NCBI GenBank assembly: GCA_018303725.1
Contig: JAGVXP010000001.1
Coordinates: 1 to 51,590, forward strand
DNA from: Candidatus Woesearchaeota archaeon
GTDB lineage: Archaea; Nanobdellota; Nanobdellia; Woesearchaeales; JAGVXP01
Direction: 5' to 3'
Length of the DNA stretch: 51,590 nt
Shown: piece by piece, positions 9,683 to 18,147 of the stretch
Layout: every line of letters begins with the position of its first letter
Numbering within the stretch: position 1 is the stretch's first letter
Program-made: the position numbers and the translations under genes
The notes under the pieces: generated by a model
Told to the model about the DNA's origin: nothing
What the model saw: the letters and a program-made list of their open reading frames with translations, nothing else
Database searches by the model: none

Positions 9683-10441
9683 TTACAAAATTCCAATATA
9701 AGCAAATATTACAAAAAGGCAGCCAACTATTAAGGCAGAGCCGCCAAAAAGCCCGCCTATAACCCACCATCCATATAATTTCAGCACATCTTTTTCAGGC
9801 TTATCTGATATATAATAAAAATCTTTCCCTTTTTGCATCATTATATCCATCTCGTTCCTCTGTGAGCTCCCCTCTTCAACAAAAGGGTTGTCGCCAGCAG
9901 TGCCCATTATATAGACTTTATCCCGGGGAGCAATGAAATGTTCAATATACCTCATTGTTTTGTTCATTCCAAACAGCCCCTCAAAGCCAACACCATTGGA
10001 TTTTAGAAAACTCTTAATCTTGTCTGGAGGATCTTTTCCTAGTGAAGAATTAAATTCAAAATCCTTGGGGATGTCTATCTTTGCCCCTTTAGGATCTATC
10101 AGGACGCTGCCAGTTTCGTCCTTTAAATAAAAATAGGTTCTTGATTCTCCCTTTTTTACAATAACCCATTTGCTGCTTTTGCCAGAGCTGCGGTATTCTT
10201 CTATGGTGTACCTGTAATAAACACAATCATTGTTTGAAAATGGGCTCTTAAGCGCTTTTCCTTTTTGAGGGAATGCTTCCCCGAATATCTCAACCATGCC
10301 CATAGCAATAGACCGAATTTTAGAAGTAGGCATATTTTCTATAAGCCTTTTTTCCCTAAACCACCTAAAACCGCTAACAAAAAGATAAATACCAAAACCA
10401 AGCCCAATTAAACTATAAGTTAAAATCCTTACATCAGGCAT
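9683..10441 (-). CDS. GIDE-domain-like membrane protein (LemA partner)
   Basis: N-terminal TM plus RWFREKRLIENMPTSKIRSIAMGMVEIFGEA, which resembles the prokaryotic GIDE (E3-ligase-like) domain entry motif. A C-terminal TM pair follows. It lies directly upstream of lemA on the same strand. Confidence 0.6.
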   Translation of the reverse strand: MPDVRILTYSLIGLGFGIYLFVSGFRWFREKRLIENMPTSKIRSIAMGMVEIFGEAFPQKGKALKSPFSNNDCVYYRYTIEEYRSSGKSSKWVIVKKGESRTYFYLKDETGSVLIDPKGAKIDIPKDFEFNSSLGKDPPDKIKSFLKSNGVGFEGLFGMNKTMRYIEHFIAPRDKVYIMGTAGDNPFVEEGSSQRNEMDIMMQKGKDFYYISDKPEKDVLKLYGWWVIGGLFGGSALIVGCLFVIFAYIGIL

Positions 10442-10561
10442 GGTTTTTTAAGAGAGCTGGTTGTTTATAAAACTTGTTGTTTTAAGAATTATTTTTTCTT
10501 TTGTGAACTACTGCGGGTTTTCTTGGCTCAACCCATAAGGGTTCTTGCGCGCCCTCGCACT

Positions 10562-10675
10562 AAAGAGAAAAAGGAAACACAAAGAATAATATGGAAAAGG
10601 CTGATAGGAAAGGCATTTTTAACTAAAAGAGAGGCTTTTGCATTATTGGGGTTTTTGAGGAAATTGGAGAAATAA
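10562..10675 (+). pseudogene. Promoterless ghost copy of the 3' end of the TrmJ-like methyltransferase gene
   Basis: It translates to KEKKETQRIIWKRLIGKAFLTKREAFALLGFLRKLEK-stop, against KEKKETQRKIWKRIVGKSFLTRREAFALIGFLKKIEK-stop at 8984..9097. By hand alignment 29 of 37 residues are identical and all changes are conservative. No in-frame start codon or methyltransferase body lies upstream. Confidence 0.7.
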
Positions 10676-10773
10676 AAAGTAAGAAAATGATTATTAAATT
10701 AACTACTCATATGTGATTACAAATAGAAAAGTTTATATACTAAAGTTGTATTATAGATCAGTAGGTGGGCATA

Positions 10774-11157
10774 ATGAGAAGATATAATCCTTTGTATGTT
10801 ATTTTAATTATAGGTGGCGCTATAGTTAGTTCCATTAATAATAGTAATGCTTCTATTCCTGATATAAAAGCACCAGCAATTTATAGTATACCCCAGCATC
10901 CTCCTCAAGAAACAGCTGGACCTAATACAGAATCGCGCATTAAAAGGTATAGACTAAAAGCTGGTGAAACACTTAATTTAAATTTAGAGGATATATATGG
11001 AAAGGGGGACTACAGTGTAATTAGTTCTTTGGCTAACTTTAACCCAGAAACAAGTGAGCTCGAGGTAAAAGCAACTGAATTTGACATAGGGAAAAACACC
11101 ATTACTGTTATAACAGATAAAAGGCTAGAAACTTTAGAAATAGAAGTCACCAAATAA
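10774..11157 (+). CDS. Small membrane-anchored or secreted protein with Ig/cadherin-like C-terminal domain
   Basis: ATG at 10774 preceded by RBS aggtgg, with a hydrophobic N-terminus. The C-terminal segment ...NFNPETSELEVKATEFDIGKNTITVI... parallels ...FSIDKNTGVISFTPSDFDVGNNLVTIF... in the 345-aa protein at 13555..14592. Confidence 0.55.
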   Translation: MRRYNPLYVILIIGGAIVSSINNSNASIPDIKAPAIYSIPQHPPQETAGPNTESRIKRYRLKAGETLNLNLEDIYGKGDYSVISSLANFNPETSELEVKATEFDIGKNTITVITDKRLETLEIEVTK

Positions 11158-11161
11158 AAAC

Positions 11162-13558
11162 CTATTTCATTGCTACCTCTAAAGAGTCTGATGCCATTGC
11201 AGTTGTAGTTAAGCCTCTTTGTTGATTGAATTTTTCCAACTGATTGGCTGCTTCTTCAATAATATCCTTGCCATCAGTATTGATTGCTATTGGACCTACA
11301 TTAATGTCTCCTCCAGAGCCGCTTATCTTAAAGGCAATCTGTGCCTCGTTTTCATTCAATTGCTTAATCTCTACTTCTATTCCTTTATATCTTACCATCT
11401 TATCTAACTCTGGAGATTGCCTAAGTTCCTCAACAACTTCCTTAATGCCTTCTTTCATGCTATTAACTGTTGCGGGGCTTATCACCCCAGCTAACCTGTC
11501 CATAGGACCACTAATAGCATCCAAATCAGATTCCCTTGTTAAATAAACCTGTGCCTTTATATGGTCTGCTATAGTATGTTCAATAGTACCTGCCAAAGTT
11601 CCTTCACCCTTAAACCATCCTCCCACTCTCAAAATGATTTTTCCGGCCTCACTAACATCGCTTGCAAGATTAATTATACCACTCTGGCTATCTAAATCAT
11701 TCCGAAATAATATTGTTCTCTCTTCTTTGTTTATCTTAACACTAAGTAAATCTAAATTTTTTCCTTCAAGCTGAGCTTTCACAGCGCCTTTGCCTCCTGT
11801 TGGTGTCAAATCAGAAAGCATAGTATCTACATACCCTGTTAAAGAGATATCAGGATCTGTTTCCTTTTCTTTTTTTGTTTTTATTAGTATATCAGTATAG
11901 AAATCCATTTCCTTATCTCCAGGCCCATAGAATTTATTATTAGTCAATCTTCCTTTAGTATTGCCATCAACCTTAAAATCAAAATTAATTGGTTCATTTT
12001 TTTCAGTTCCTGCTATAGAATCAGAAAAAAAGCTTATTTTATTAACAGCTATGTCATATTCTCTCCCCTTTTCCAAATTTGTAGTCATTAAAGACGCATA
12101 TACTGTTTTTTCTTTTATATTTGATATTGCAACTAATTTAACATCATATTTATTTAAATCGGCTATACCATAATAATATTTGTTGTTGTCAGATGCTATG
12201 AATTCGTAATAATCGGATTTAACAAAACTAGTATCACGAGAAAGTTCATTAAATTTATTTTCCGAGTATTTAAATGGGAGTTCTCCAATTTTAACATCAA
12301 TTATTTTATCTGTCTTTTTTAATAATTCAATCTGCCTTTTATTTTTAGACTTTTCCTTTTCCAATTCTGCAATTTCTTTATTAATCTCTTTACCCCTTTC
12401 TCTGTACTCTCCTTTCTTTTTTTCAATTTCCACTATTAGATTATTACTTAATTGCTCAACTGATGGCACTTTTACTATGTTTATACTGCCCACATCTAAA
12501 CTATATCCCATGCCGTCTATTAACCCTGCAGAATGTATTGCCTCGCCATTTTCTTTCTCTAAACTTAGGCTTACTTTCCCGTATGCATTTAGTTTGTCGC
12601 CATCCCAAACAACTGCCCCGTCTTCCTCTATTTTTTCGCCGCATAACACGCACAAAGTTATCACTTTCTTTTCAACAATAACTCCTTTTTCTTTGCCAAT
12701 AGCCTCCAAGAAAGTGGGTACTTCCACTCTGCCAATTTTTGTGTTAAAAGAATGATAAAAATCTCCCTGAATCTTATAGCCTTCCCCTGCAAAAAGTATG
12801 CTGCTGTCGCCATATGACTTAACTTCTCTAAATTCTCCTCCAAGCCCAATGCCAACAACATCTCCACTATGAATGTTTATGCTATCTCCATTTAACTCAA
12901 ATCCTTTTCCTCCAGAAAACCTTAATTTTTTAGCTAAATCCCCTTCGCCAATTACAATATCAAATCTATTGTTCGCTGCGTTAGCAACCTCAATTCCTTT
13001 TTCTAGGTTGTAGTCAATTGGCGTTAATTCATTCCCACCAGCTATTGCTATTGCCTTGCCACCAGGCAATATTATCTTAAACCCATTATCTCCATTAGGC
13101 ATTATTATTGTCCCAGCAGGATATTGTGAGAGATCTTGTATCGGAGCTCCTTTTAAATTGGATAAACTGTTTCCTTTTATTTCTACATTACCGCCACTAT
13201 ATTGAAAATCAACATTGCCTCCAGACTTATACTCAACATAAGCCTCTCCCCCATCCCCTTTAAGATTTCCTGGTTTTTCAAAATATTGCGTTGCTTTTTC
13301 AGAATGTTCTTTTATTCTAGTTCCAACTGCAGCTCCTGTAAAAAACCTAGAAGCAAACTCATCATTTTCAAGTATGCCTTCCCACGTAGCTACAGCCTTA
13401 TCTGGATTGGCGTTAAATGCCTCTTCAGGATGAGCCCTAACATTTTCCTCAGTCCATGACTCATCCGTTCCCCAGTCAGTTGGTGGTTGCCCTTTTAAAG
13501 AGCTAACTAATAAAACAAACACTAAAATTAAAGGCAATATCTTTTTATTCATTTTCAA
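11162..13558 (-). CDS. Large secreted protein of unknown function (798 aa)
   Basis: Sec-type signal peptide (MKMNKKILPLILVFVLLVSSLKG). Gly/Asn-rich beta-like repeats (SGGNVDFQYSGGNVEIKGN), a central Lys/Glu coiled-coil segment and no recognisable catalytic motif. Its start overlaps the upstream gene by 4 nt. Confidence 0.7.
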   Translation of the reverse strand: MKMNKKILPLILVFVLLVSSLKGQPPTDWGTDESWTEENVRAHPEEAFNANPDKAVATWEGILENDEFASRFFTGAAVGTRIKEHSEKATQYFEKPGNLKGDGGEAYVEYKSGGNVDFQYSGGNVEIKGNSLSNLKGAPIQDLSQYPAGTIIMPNGDNGFKIILPGGKAIAIAGGNELTPIDYNLEKGIEVANAANNRFDIVIGEGDLAKKLRFSGGKGFELNGDSINIHSGDVVGIGLGGEFREVKSYGDSSILFAGEGYKIQGDFYHSFNTKIGRVEVPTFLEAIGKEKGVIVEKKVITLCVLCGEKIEEDGAVVWDGDKLNAYGKVSLSLEKENGEAIHSAGLIDGMGYSLDVGSINIVKVPSVEQLSNNLIVEIEKKKGEYRERGKEINKEIAELEKEKSKNKRQIELLKKTDKIIDVKIGELPFKYSENKFNELSRDTSFVKSDYYEFIASDNNKYYYGIADLNKYDVKLVAISNIKEKTVYASLMTTNLEKGREYDIAVNKISFFSDSIAGTEKNEPINFDFKVDGNTKGRLTNNKFYGPGDKEMDFYTDILIKTKKEKETDPDISLTGYVDTMLSDLTPTGGKGAVKAQLEGKNLDLLSVKINKEERTILFRNDLDSQSGIINLASDVSEAGKIILRVGGWFKGEGTLAGTIEHTIADHIKAQVYLTRESDLDAISGPMDRLAGVISPATVNSMKEGIKEVVEELRQSPELDKMVRYKGIEVEIKQLNENEAQIAFKISGSGGDINVGPIAINTDGKDIIEEAANQLEKFNQQRGLTTTAMASDSLEVAMK

Positions 13559-14592
13559 CCATTGCTAATATTTATAGCCATAAACCCATAATCATAATTC
13601 CCTTTGCTGTCTTCAGCAAATATTGTTACAAGATTATTGCCAACATCAAAATCGCTAGGAGTAAAGCTTATAACCCCTGTATTTTTATCTATACTAAACA
13701 AACTAGTCAAAGCAGAATATTCTACTGTATCCCCGTCATAATCATTAGCATCTATATTGTAATAGAAAGGCACCCCTTCTTTTATATTAAAATCCTTGAC
13801 ATTCAATAAAACAGGCGGAGTGTTATTCAACTCTAAATATTGCGTAGTGTTAAACCTTGTGCCAAAAACAAACAGGTAAGGCTCATTTGCAATTAATTCT
13901 GACTTGTTGTCCATAATAAAATAAACAATTGAATCAAGATATTTTGACCTTAAATTGATGTCCAAATCGTATTTTGTTAAATCGCCAAAACTTATATAGT
14001 CTGGGTCATCAACTATATCGCCAACCAGCTCCTCAACAACATCCCTTATATAGCCAAGCCTTACAGGAATGTTCGTAGAAAAATCTGATAGCTCAATTAT
14101 AGATTCCTCTTTTTTTATTTGAATAGGATAATTAACATCAACTCTGACAGAATTGTTCCCAATAAAGCTATTAGCATCTGGTTGGGAGATAGAGATGTCA
14201 TATTGCTCTTCAAAGATGCTAAGATTTATGCACTTATCCAAGTTTTTATAGACATAGTTAGAAATTTCTATTTCCATCTCCTCTTTTGAAGGAACTAAAA
14301 CCAAATCATCATAATACAAATAGCCTATATGAAAAAAGAAATTGTCCAAACTCCATTCAGGCTCTAAATAGCCTCCACTTAAGCCTAAAAAAGATATAGC
14401 ATTTCTACTCACATCATCAACACAACTTTGAACATAGCTTTGTATAGGAACAGCATATGTCAACCCTGCTCTTTTAATGTCTTTTTCTATCGCTTCTTCT
14501 TTCTCTCTATCAATAGAAAAGATAAACCAAAAAGCAACAACAATAATAAAACCAAATATGATAAATAAAGTAAGCTGTGATTTCTTACCCAT
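13555..14592 (-). CDS. N-terminally anchored surface protein with cadherin-like (He_PIG-type) Ig domain; possible class III signal peptide
   Basis: The N-terminus MGKKSQLTLFIIFGFIIVVAF resembles the KK[GAST]Q plus hydrophobic prepilin-type signals of the pilin genes at 39-49 kb. The C-terminus PPVLLNVKDFNIKEGVPFYYNIDANDYDGDTVEYS...ISFTPSDFDVGNN is putative-Ig-domain-like. Confidence 0.65.
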   Translation of the reverse strand: MGKKSQLTLFIIFGFIIVVAFWFIFSIDREKEEAIEKDIKRAGLTYAVPIQSYVQSCVDDVSRNAISFLGLSGGYLEPEWSLDNFFFHIGYLYYDDLVLVPSKEEMEIEISNYVYKNLDKCINLSIFEEQYDISISQPDANSFIGNNSVRVDVNYPIQIKKEESIIELSDFSTNIPVRLGYIRDVVEELVGDIVDDPDYISFGDLTKYDLDINLRSKYLDSIVYFIMDNKSELIANEPYLFVFGTRFNTTQYLELNNTPPVLLNVKDFNIKEGVPFYYNIDANDYDGDTVEYSALTSLFSIDKNTGVISFTPSDFDVGNNLVTIFAEDSKGNYDYGFMAINISNG

Positions 14593-14902
14593 TTTTCTTT
14601 TTTAAATATTCCTTAACCCTTTTATTAATTGCTGGCTTGGCATTCGGCCCCAAAGCATAATATATTTTCTCAACCTCAGAGCCCCAGCTGAAATCGCCTT
14701 TTTCCTTCTCTATCCTATCAACCTTAAACTCGCCCAATGCAACACCCTTCTTCAAATGATAATAAACAGACCTCATAGTCACAGCAGGGAAAACAGCTTT
14801 ATACACCTTATATATGTCATAGCCATATCCACTCTTAAAAAAATAAAGAATTTCAACTATGTTCTGCCTTATCTGGCTTTGAACCGGTCTTCCTCTTGCC
14901 AT
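14585..14902 (-). CDS. PadR-like winged-helix transcriptional regulator
   Basis: 105 aa. ILYFFKSGYGYDIYKVY...MRSVYYHLKKGVALGEF fits the PadR/wHTH pattern. It is the first gene of a three-gene overlapping operon, with a TATA-like aaatatataaata about 25 nt upstream on the minus strand. Confidence 0.7.
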   Translation of the reverse strand: MARGRPVQSQIRQNIVEILYFFKSGYGYDIYKVYKAVFPAVTMRSVYYHLKKGVALGEFKVDRIEKEKGDFSWGSEVEKIYYALGPNAKPAINKRVKEYLKKKNG

Positions 14903-14952
14903 AAAACTGCGAATTTGTACCTATTTATATATTTTTTGTCAATATTGAAATG

Positions 14953-15004
14953 TCAGAAACGCAAAGCGATTTCTGAGCACATTGAAAATGTTCTATTTTC
15001 AATG
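14953..15004. promoter_or_regulatory. Nested palindromes between divergent promoters (candidate operator)
   Basis: There is a perfect 10-bp inverted repeat, CATTGAAAAT (14980-14989) / ATTTTCAATG (14995-15004). An adjacent TCAGAAACGC / GCGATTTCTGA repeat (14953-14976) has one bulge. Both lie between the TATA boxes of the PadR-like gene and the gene at 15078. Confidence 0.45.
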
Positions 15005-15077
15005 AACCGAAGGTTTTTGACAGAAAGTAACAGCTAACAGCGATATATTTAAATACAAGAAAGCCTGCAATCAGCAT

Positions 15078-15662
15078 ATGGTAGACGTAAGAAAAATAAT
15101 AATCATTTTTGTCATAGCAGTTCTTTTTGCTGTGCTTGTATTTGCAGTCATCGAGGCAACTTACCCACAACCTAAATGGGAAGACTATTGCAAAAACAGG
15201 CCTTACCCAACAGAGAAGTCCTGCATAACTGGTAATGTCTGCCCTGAAATAAACATTAGCGATAGTGATAGGAAAGCATGCGATGAAAAAAAAGGCTATA
15301 TTGAATATATAGACTATGACACAAATAACTGCCCGGCAAAATATGAGTGCAACACATGCGAGAATGAATTCAGGCTGGTACAGGAAAAGCATCAAAGGTA
15401 TGTGTTCTACATATCAGCAATCCTATCCTTAATTGCAATATTTATTGGAATGTACCTGCCAGCAAAAACAAATATATTAAATGAATGGATTGGCACAGGA
15501 TTCATGCTTGGCGGTACATTCGCATTATTCTTCGGCACATTAACCTCTTTTATGTTTCTTGACAGGTATGCAAGGCCAGTAGTTATCCTTCTGGAGTTAG
15601 CTTTAGTCATATTTATAGCTTACAGGAAGATAGGGAACTTAAGGGAAGATAAAAAGAAATAA
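15078..15662 (+). CDS. Cys-rich membrane protein, unknown function
   Basis: N-terminal TM, a roughly 90-aa extracytoplasmic segment with 9 Cys (by eye), then three C-terminal TM helices. TATA-like atatatttaaata lies about 25 nt upstream. Confidence 0.6.
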   Translation: MVDVRKIIIIFVIAVLFAVLVFAVIEATYPQPKWEDYCKNRPYPTEKSCITGNVCPEINISDSDRKACDEKKGYIEYIDYDTNNCPAKYECNTCENEFRLVQEKHQRYVFYISAILSLIAIFIGMYLPAKTNILNEWIGTGFMLGGTFALFFGTLTSFMFLDRYARPVVILLELALVIFIAYRKIGNLREDKKK

Positions 15663-15692
15663 TTTTTATACTATATCCTATTTTAGCCAGAT

Positions 15693-16721
15693 ATGGATTG
15701 CATATTTCTTTTAGCTGGGGAAAACCTAAAATTAGCAAAAGAAGAGGTATTATCATTAACTAAACCCAAAGAATATTCTTTTATTGATAAATTATTGATC
15801 ATTGACTTATATAAAGAAACAGCCAATGAACTAGCAAAAAGACTAGCATACACACATAATATTTACCAGCTACTTTTTGAATGCAAAACCAACAATTTAA
15901 TAAAAAAATTGGAAGAATTCAACTGGCAGTCTATCTATAAAGAAAACTTCTGCCTAAGAATCAATGGCAAAACCAACTATAAAGAAAAAGAGCTGGCTGG
16001 CTATATATGGGGAAAAATAAAAAGGCCAAAGGTTAAACTAGAAGACCCAAAAACATTGATTGAGCTGTTTTTTGTTAAAAATAAAGTGTATTGCGGGCTA
16101 TTATCAAAAAAAATCAAAAAAGACTTTGAAAAGAGAAAAGCTCATTTAAGGCCAGAGTTACACCCTACAAGCCTGCATCCTAAATTAGCTAGATGCTTAG
16201 TTAATTTGAGTGGCGCAGAAATGGGCAGTACAGCAGCTGATCCTTTCTGCGGCTCTGGAGGCATATTAATTGAAGCTGGCCTTATGGGATTAAAGCCAGT
16301 TGGGTATGATTTGTATGATGTTATGATAAGGAGAGCAAAGATAAATCTTGATTATTACAAAATCAGGAATTATAAATTAATCAATAAAGATGCTTTGAAA
16401 ATAAATAAAAAGTATGATTATATTGTTACAGACCCCCCTTATGGGTTGAACACGTCAGTTTGGATTAGGAAAAATAATAGAAACAAAAAGATATCGTTAA
16501 AACAAGTTGATAAAAAGGAAAAAACAAAAAATCTTGAATCATTTTATTTGCAATTCCTCAAAAATCTTAAAAAAATCCTAGGAAAGAGGGCAGTTGTTAT
16601 CTTTCCACATTATGTTAATTATAAAAAATTGATTAAAAGGGCTGGTTTTAAGATTGAGAAAGAATTCTCACAATTTATACACAGGAGTTTAACAAGGAAG
16701 ATTTTTGTGTTATCTTGCTGA
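15693..16721 (+). CDS. trm11: THUMP-domain tRNA (guanine-N2)-methyltransferase, Trm11/Trm-G10 type
   Basis: SAM-binding motif DPFCGSGGILIEAG and catalytic VTDPPYG, with an N-terminal THUMP-like region. Confidence 0.85.
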   Translation: MDCIFLLAGENLKLAKEEVLSLTKPKEYSFIDKLLIIDLYKETANELAKRLAYTHNIYQLLFECKTNNLIKKLEEFNWQSIYKENFCLRINGKTNYKEKELAGYIWGKIKRPKVKLEDPKTLIELFFVKNKVYCGLLSKKIKKDFEKRKAHLRPELHPTSLHPKLARCLVNLSGAEMGSTAADPFCGSGGILIEAGLMGLKPVGYDLYDVMIRRAKINLDYYKIRNYKLINKDALKINKKYDYIVTDPPYGLNTSVWIRKNNRNKKISLKQVDKKEKTKNLESFYLQFLKNLKKILGKRAVVIFPHYVNYKKLIKRAGFKIEKEFSQFIHRSLTRKIFVLSC

Positions 16722-17282
16722 TTTTGTCAGTAAGAAAATAAGGGGCAATATATTGTACAATACAAATATTGCTACAACTACTATGAGGATATTTACTGGC
16801 TCCCCAAAGAGTGAAACTAGTCCTTGAACGGCCGTTTGCCCTTCCAAAAATTGTGACGTTGGCATCAATGATTGTTCTATTCTTTTTAGGAGTACACCAA
16901 CAAAAAAATGCAGTGCCGAAGATGAGAGAGATGTTAGTGTACTTATTGAAAAAGTGATAATTAATATGGTTCTTTCTTTGATATTAAAACTGCTAAAACC
17001 AAAATATGACAAAAAAGCTATACTTCCTAAGAATACAAGACCAGGCAAATAAAGAAGGTATCCTTTTTCAAGAAAAACACTACCCAAAACTATAACAGAA
17101 GAAATTATTATAGCCAGGATTAACGAGAAAAAACAACAGAGTATTAAGAAAAATATATTCTGTTTGGCTGGTTTGGGGATTGCCTTGTTAAATGAATCCT
17201 TTATGTCTTTGTTTTTATAGTTTGATCTTTTTAGGTATTCAACAACCCTATCAATATATTGATCAAGTCGTGGGTCATTCAT
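16710..17282 (-). CDS. Polytopic membrane protein, unknown function
   Basis: Start is set at the internal ATG (MNDPRLDQYIDRV...) at 17282. The longer ORF start at 17339 would overlap the pcm start and leave no promoter. Several hydrophobic helices. The start choice is uncertain. Confidence 0.5.
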   Translation of the reverse strand: MNDPRLDQYIDRVVEYLKRSNYKNKDIKDSFNKAIPKPAKQNIFFLILCCFFSLILAIIISSVIVLGSVFLEKGYLLYLPGLVFLGSIAFLSYFGFSSFNIKERTILIITFSISTLTSLSSSALHFFVGVLLKRIEQSLMPTSQFLEGQTAVQGLVSLFGEPVNILIVVVAIFVLYNILPLIFLLTKSAR

Positions 17283-17301
17283 TTGTTTGTTGATTATAGG
17301 G

Positions 17302-17316
17302 ATATATTTATATAAA
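17302..17316. promoter_or_regulatory. Shared near-palindromic TATA element for two divergent genes
   Basis: atatatttatataaa sits midway between the minus-strand ATG at 17282 and the pcm ATG at 17338. Confidence 0.4.
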
Positions 17317-17337
17317 GGTTTTGGTTTTTTAAAATAC

Positions 17338-17958
17338 ATGAAAAAAGAACTAATAGAATACTGGCAAAAGTCTGGCTTAGTGAAAGATAAACAATTGATT
17401 GAAGCTTTTAAAAAGACATCTAGAGAAAATTTTATAAGGAAAGAGAATAGGGATGAGGTTTATGGTGACTATCCACTGCCAATCGGCTTTGGCCAGACTA
17501 TTTCCCAGCCAACAACAGTAATGCTAATGATAGAAGCCCTGGAGCTTAAAAAAACAGATAAAGTTCTAGAAGTTGGCGCTGGCTCTGGGTGGTGCGCTGC
17601 TATAATGTCAAGGCTGGCTAAAAAGATTATCACAACAGAAATAATCCCTGGATTAGTTGAATTTGCCAAAAACAACATAAAAAAGTGTGATATAAAAAAT
17701 GTAGAAATTGTAAAATGGGATGGCAGCCAAGGTTATGAGAAAGAAGCGCCTTATGATAAAGTAATGCTAACAGCAGCCTGCCCATCCCTGCCAAAGCCAT
17801 GCATTGAGCAGTTAAAAGAAAACGGAATAATAATAGGCCCGGTTGGTTCTTTATTTGGCCAAGACATGATAAAGGGAATAAAAGTTAAAGGAATTCTGGA
17901 AACAGAAAATTTAGGTAGTTTCATGTTTGTACCTTTAAAGGGGAAATATGGCTATTAA
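17338..17958 (+). CDS. pcm: Protein-L-isoaspartate O-methyltransferase
   Basis: GQTISQPTTVMLMIEALELKKTDKVLEVGAGSGW is the PIMT signature. Start is moved to ATG 17338 (MKKELIEYW). Confidence 0.9.
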   Translation: MKKELIEYWQKSGLVKDKQLIEAFKKTSRENFIRKENRDEVYGDYPLPIGFGQTISQPTTVMLMIEALELKKTDKVLEVGAGSGWCAAIMSRLAKKIITTEIIPGLVEFAKNNIKKCDIKNVEIVKWDGSQGYEKEAPYDKVMLTAACPSLPKPCIEQLKENGIIIGPVGSLFGQDMIKGIKVKGILETENLGSFMFVPLKGKYGY

Positions 17959-18068
17959 AGATGTAATTTATGCCCACAGTAAGGGCAAGCTATTGTTAAG
18001 AAATCACCTACTTCTTTGATTTCTATTGGAATAGAGCAAGCAGGACATTTAAATGGTTCTTTTTCCAT
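17955..18068 (-). CDS. Small CPxC...CPxC zinc-ribbon protein (37 aa)
   Basis: Hand translation: MEKEPFKCPACSIPIEIKEVGDFLTIACPYCGHKLHL. There are two CPxC knuckles. It lies downstream of the kinase gene on the same strand, its stop overlaps the pcm stop, and it is below the ORF-track cutoff. Confidence 0.35.
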   Translation of the reverse strand: MEKEPFKCPACSIPIEIKEVGDFLTIACPYCGHKLHL

Positions 18069-18147
18069 CTAAACCACATAAACAATATAGAACTACTGAT
18101 TATTATATTTATCGATTTTTTACCGAAAAATTTACGGAAATCTTGCA

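Noticed and set aside
9098-10561. Calling the LemA-GIDE segment an active mobile element.
   Set aside because: It has no recombinase gene and no near-identical direct repeats. The two methyltransferase 3'-end copies are substantially diverged at the nucleotide level. Only an ancient or indirect rearrangement can be inferred.
14925-15395. 156-aa minus-strand ORF overlapping the start of the Cys-rich membrane protein gene.
   Set aside because: It would run through the divergent promoter region and both TATA boxes. Its composition is Phe/Cys/Ile-rich without charged loops. The plus-strand ORF at 15078..15662 has a proper TATA spacing and a coherent TM topology.
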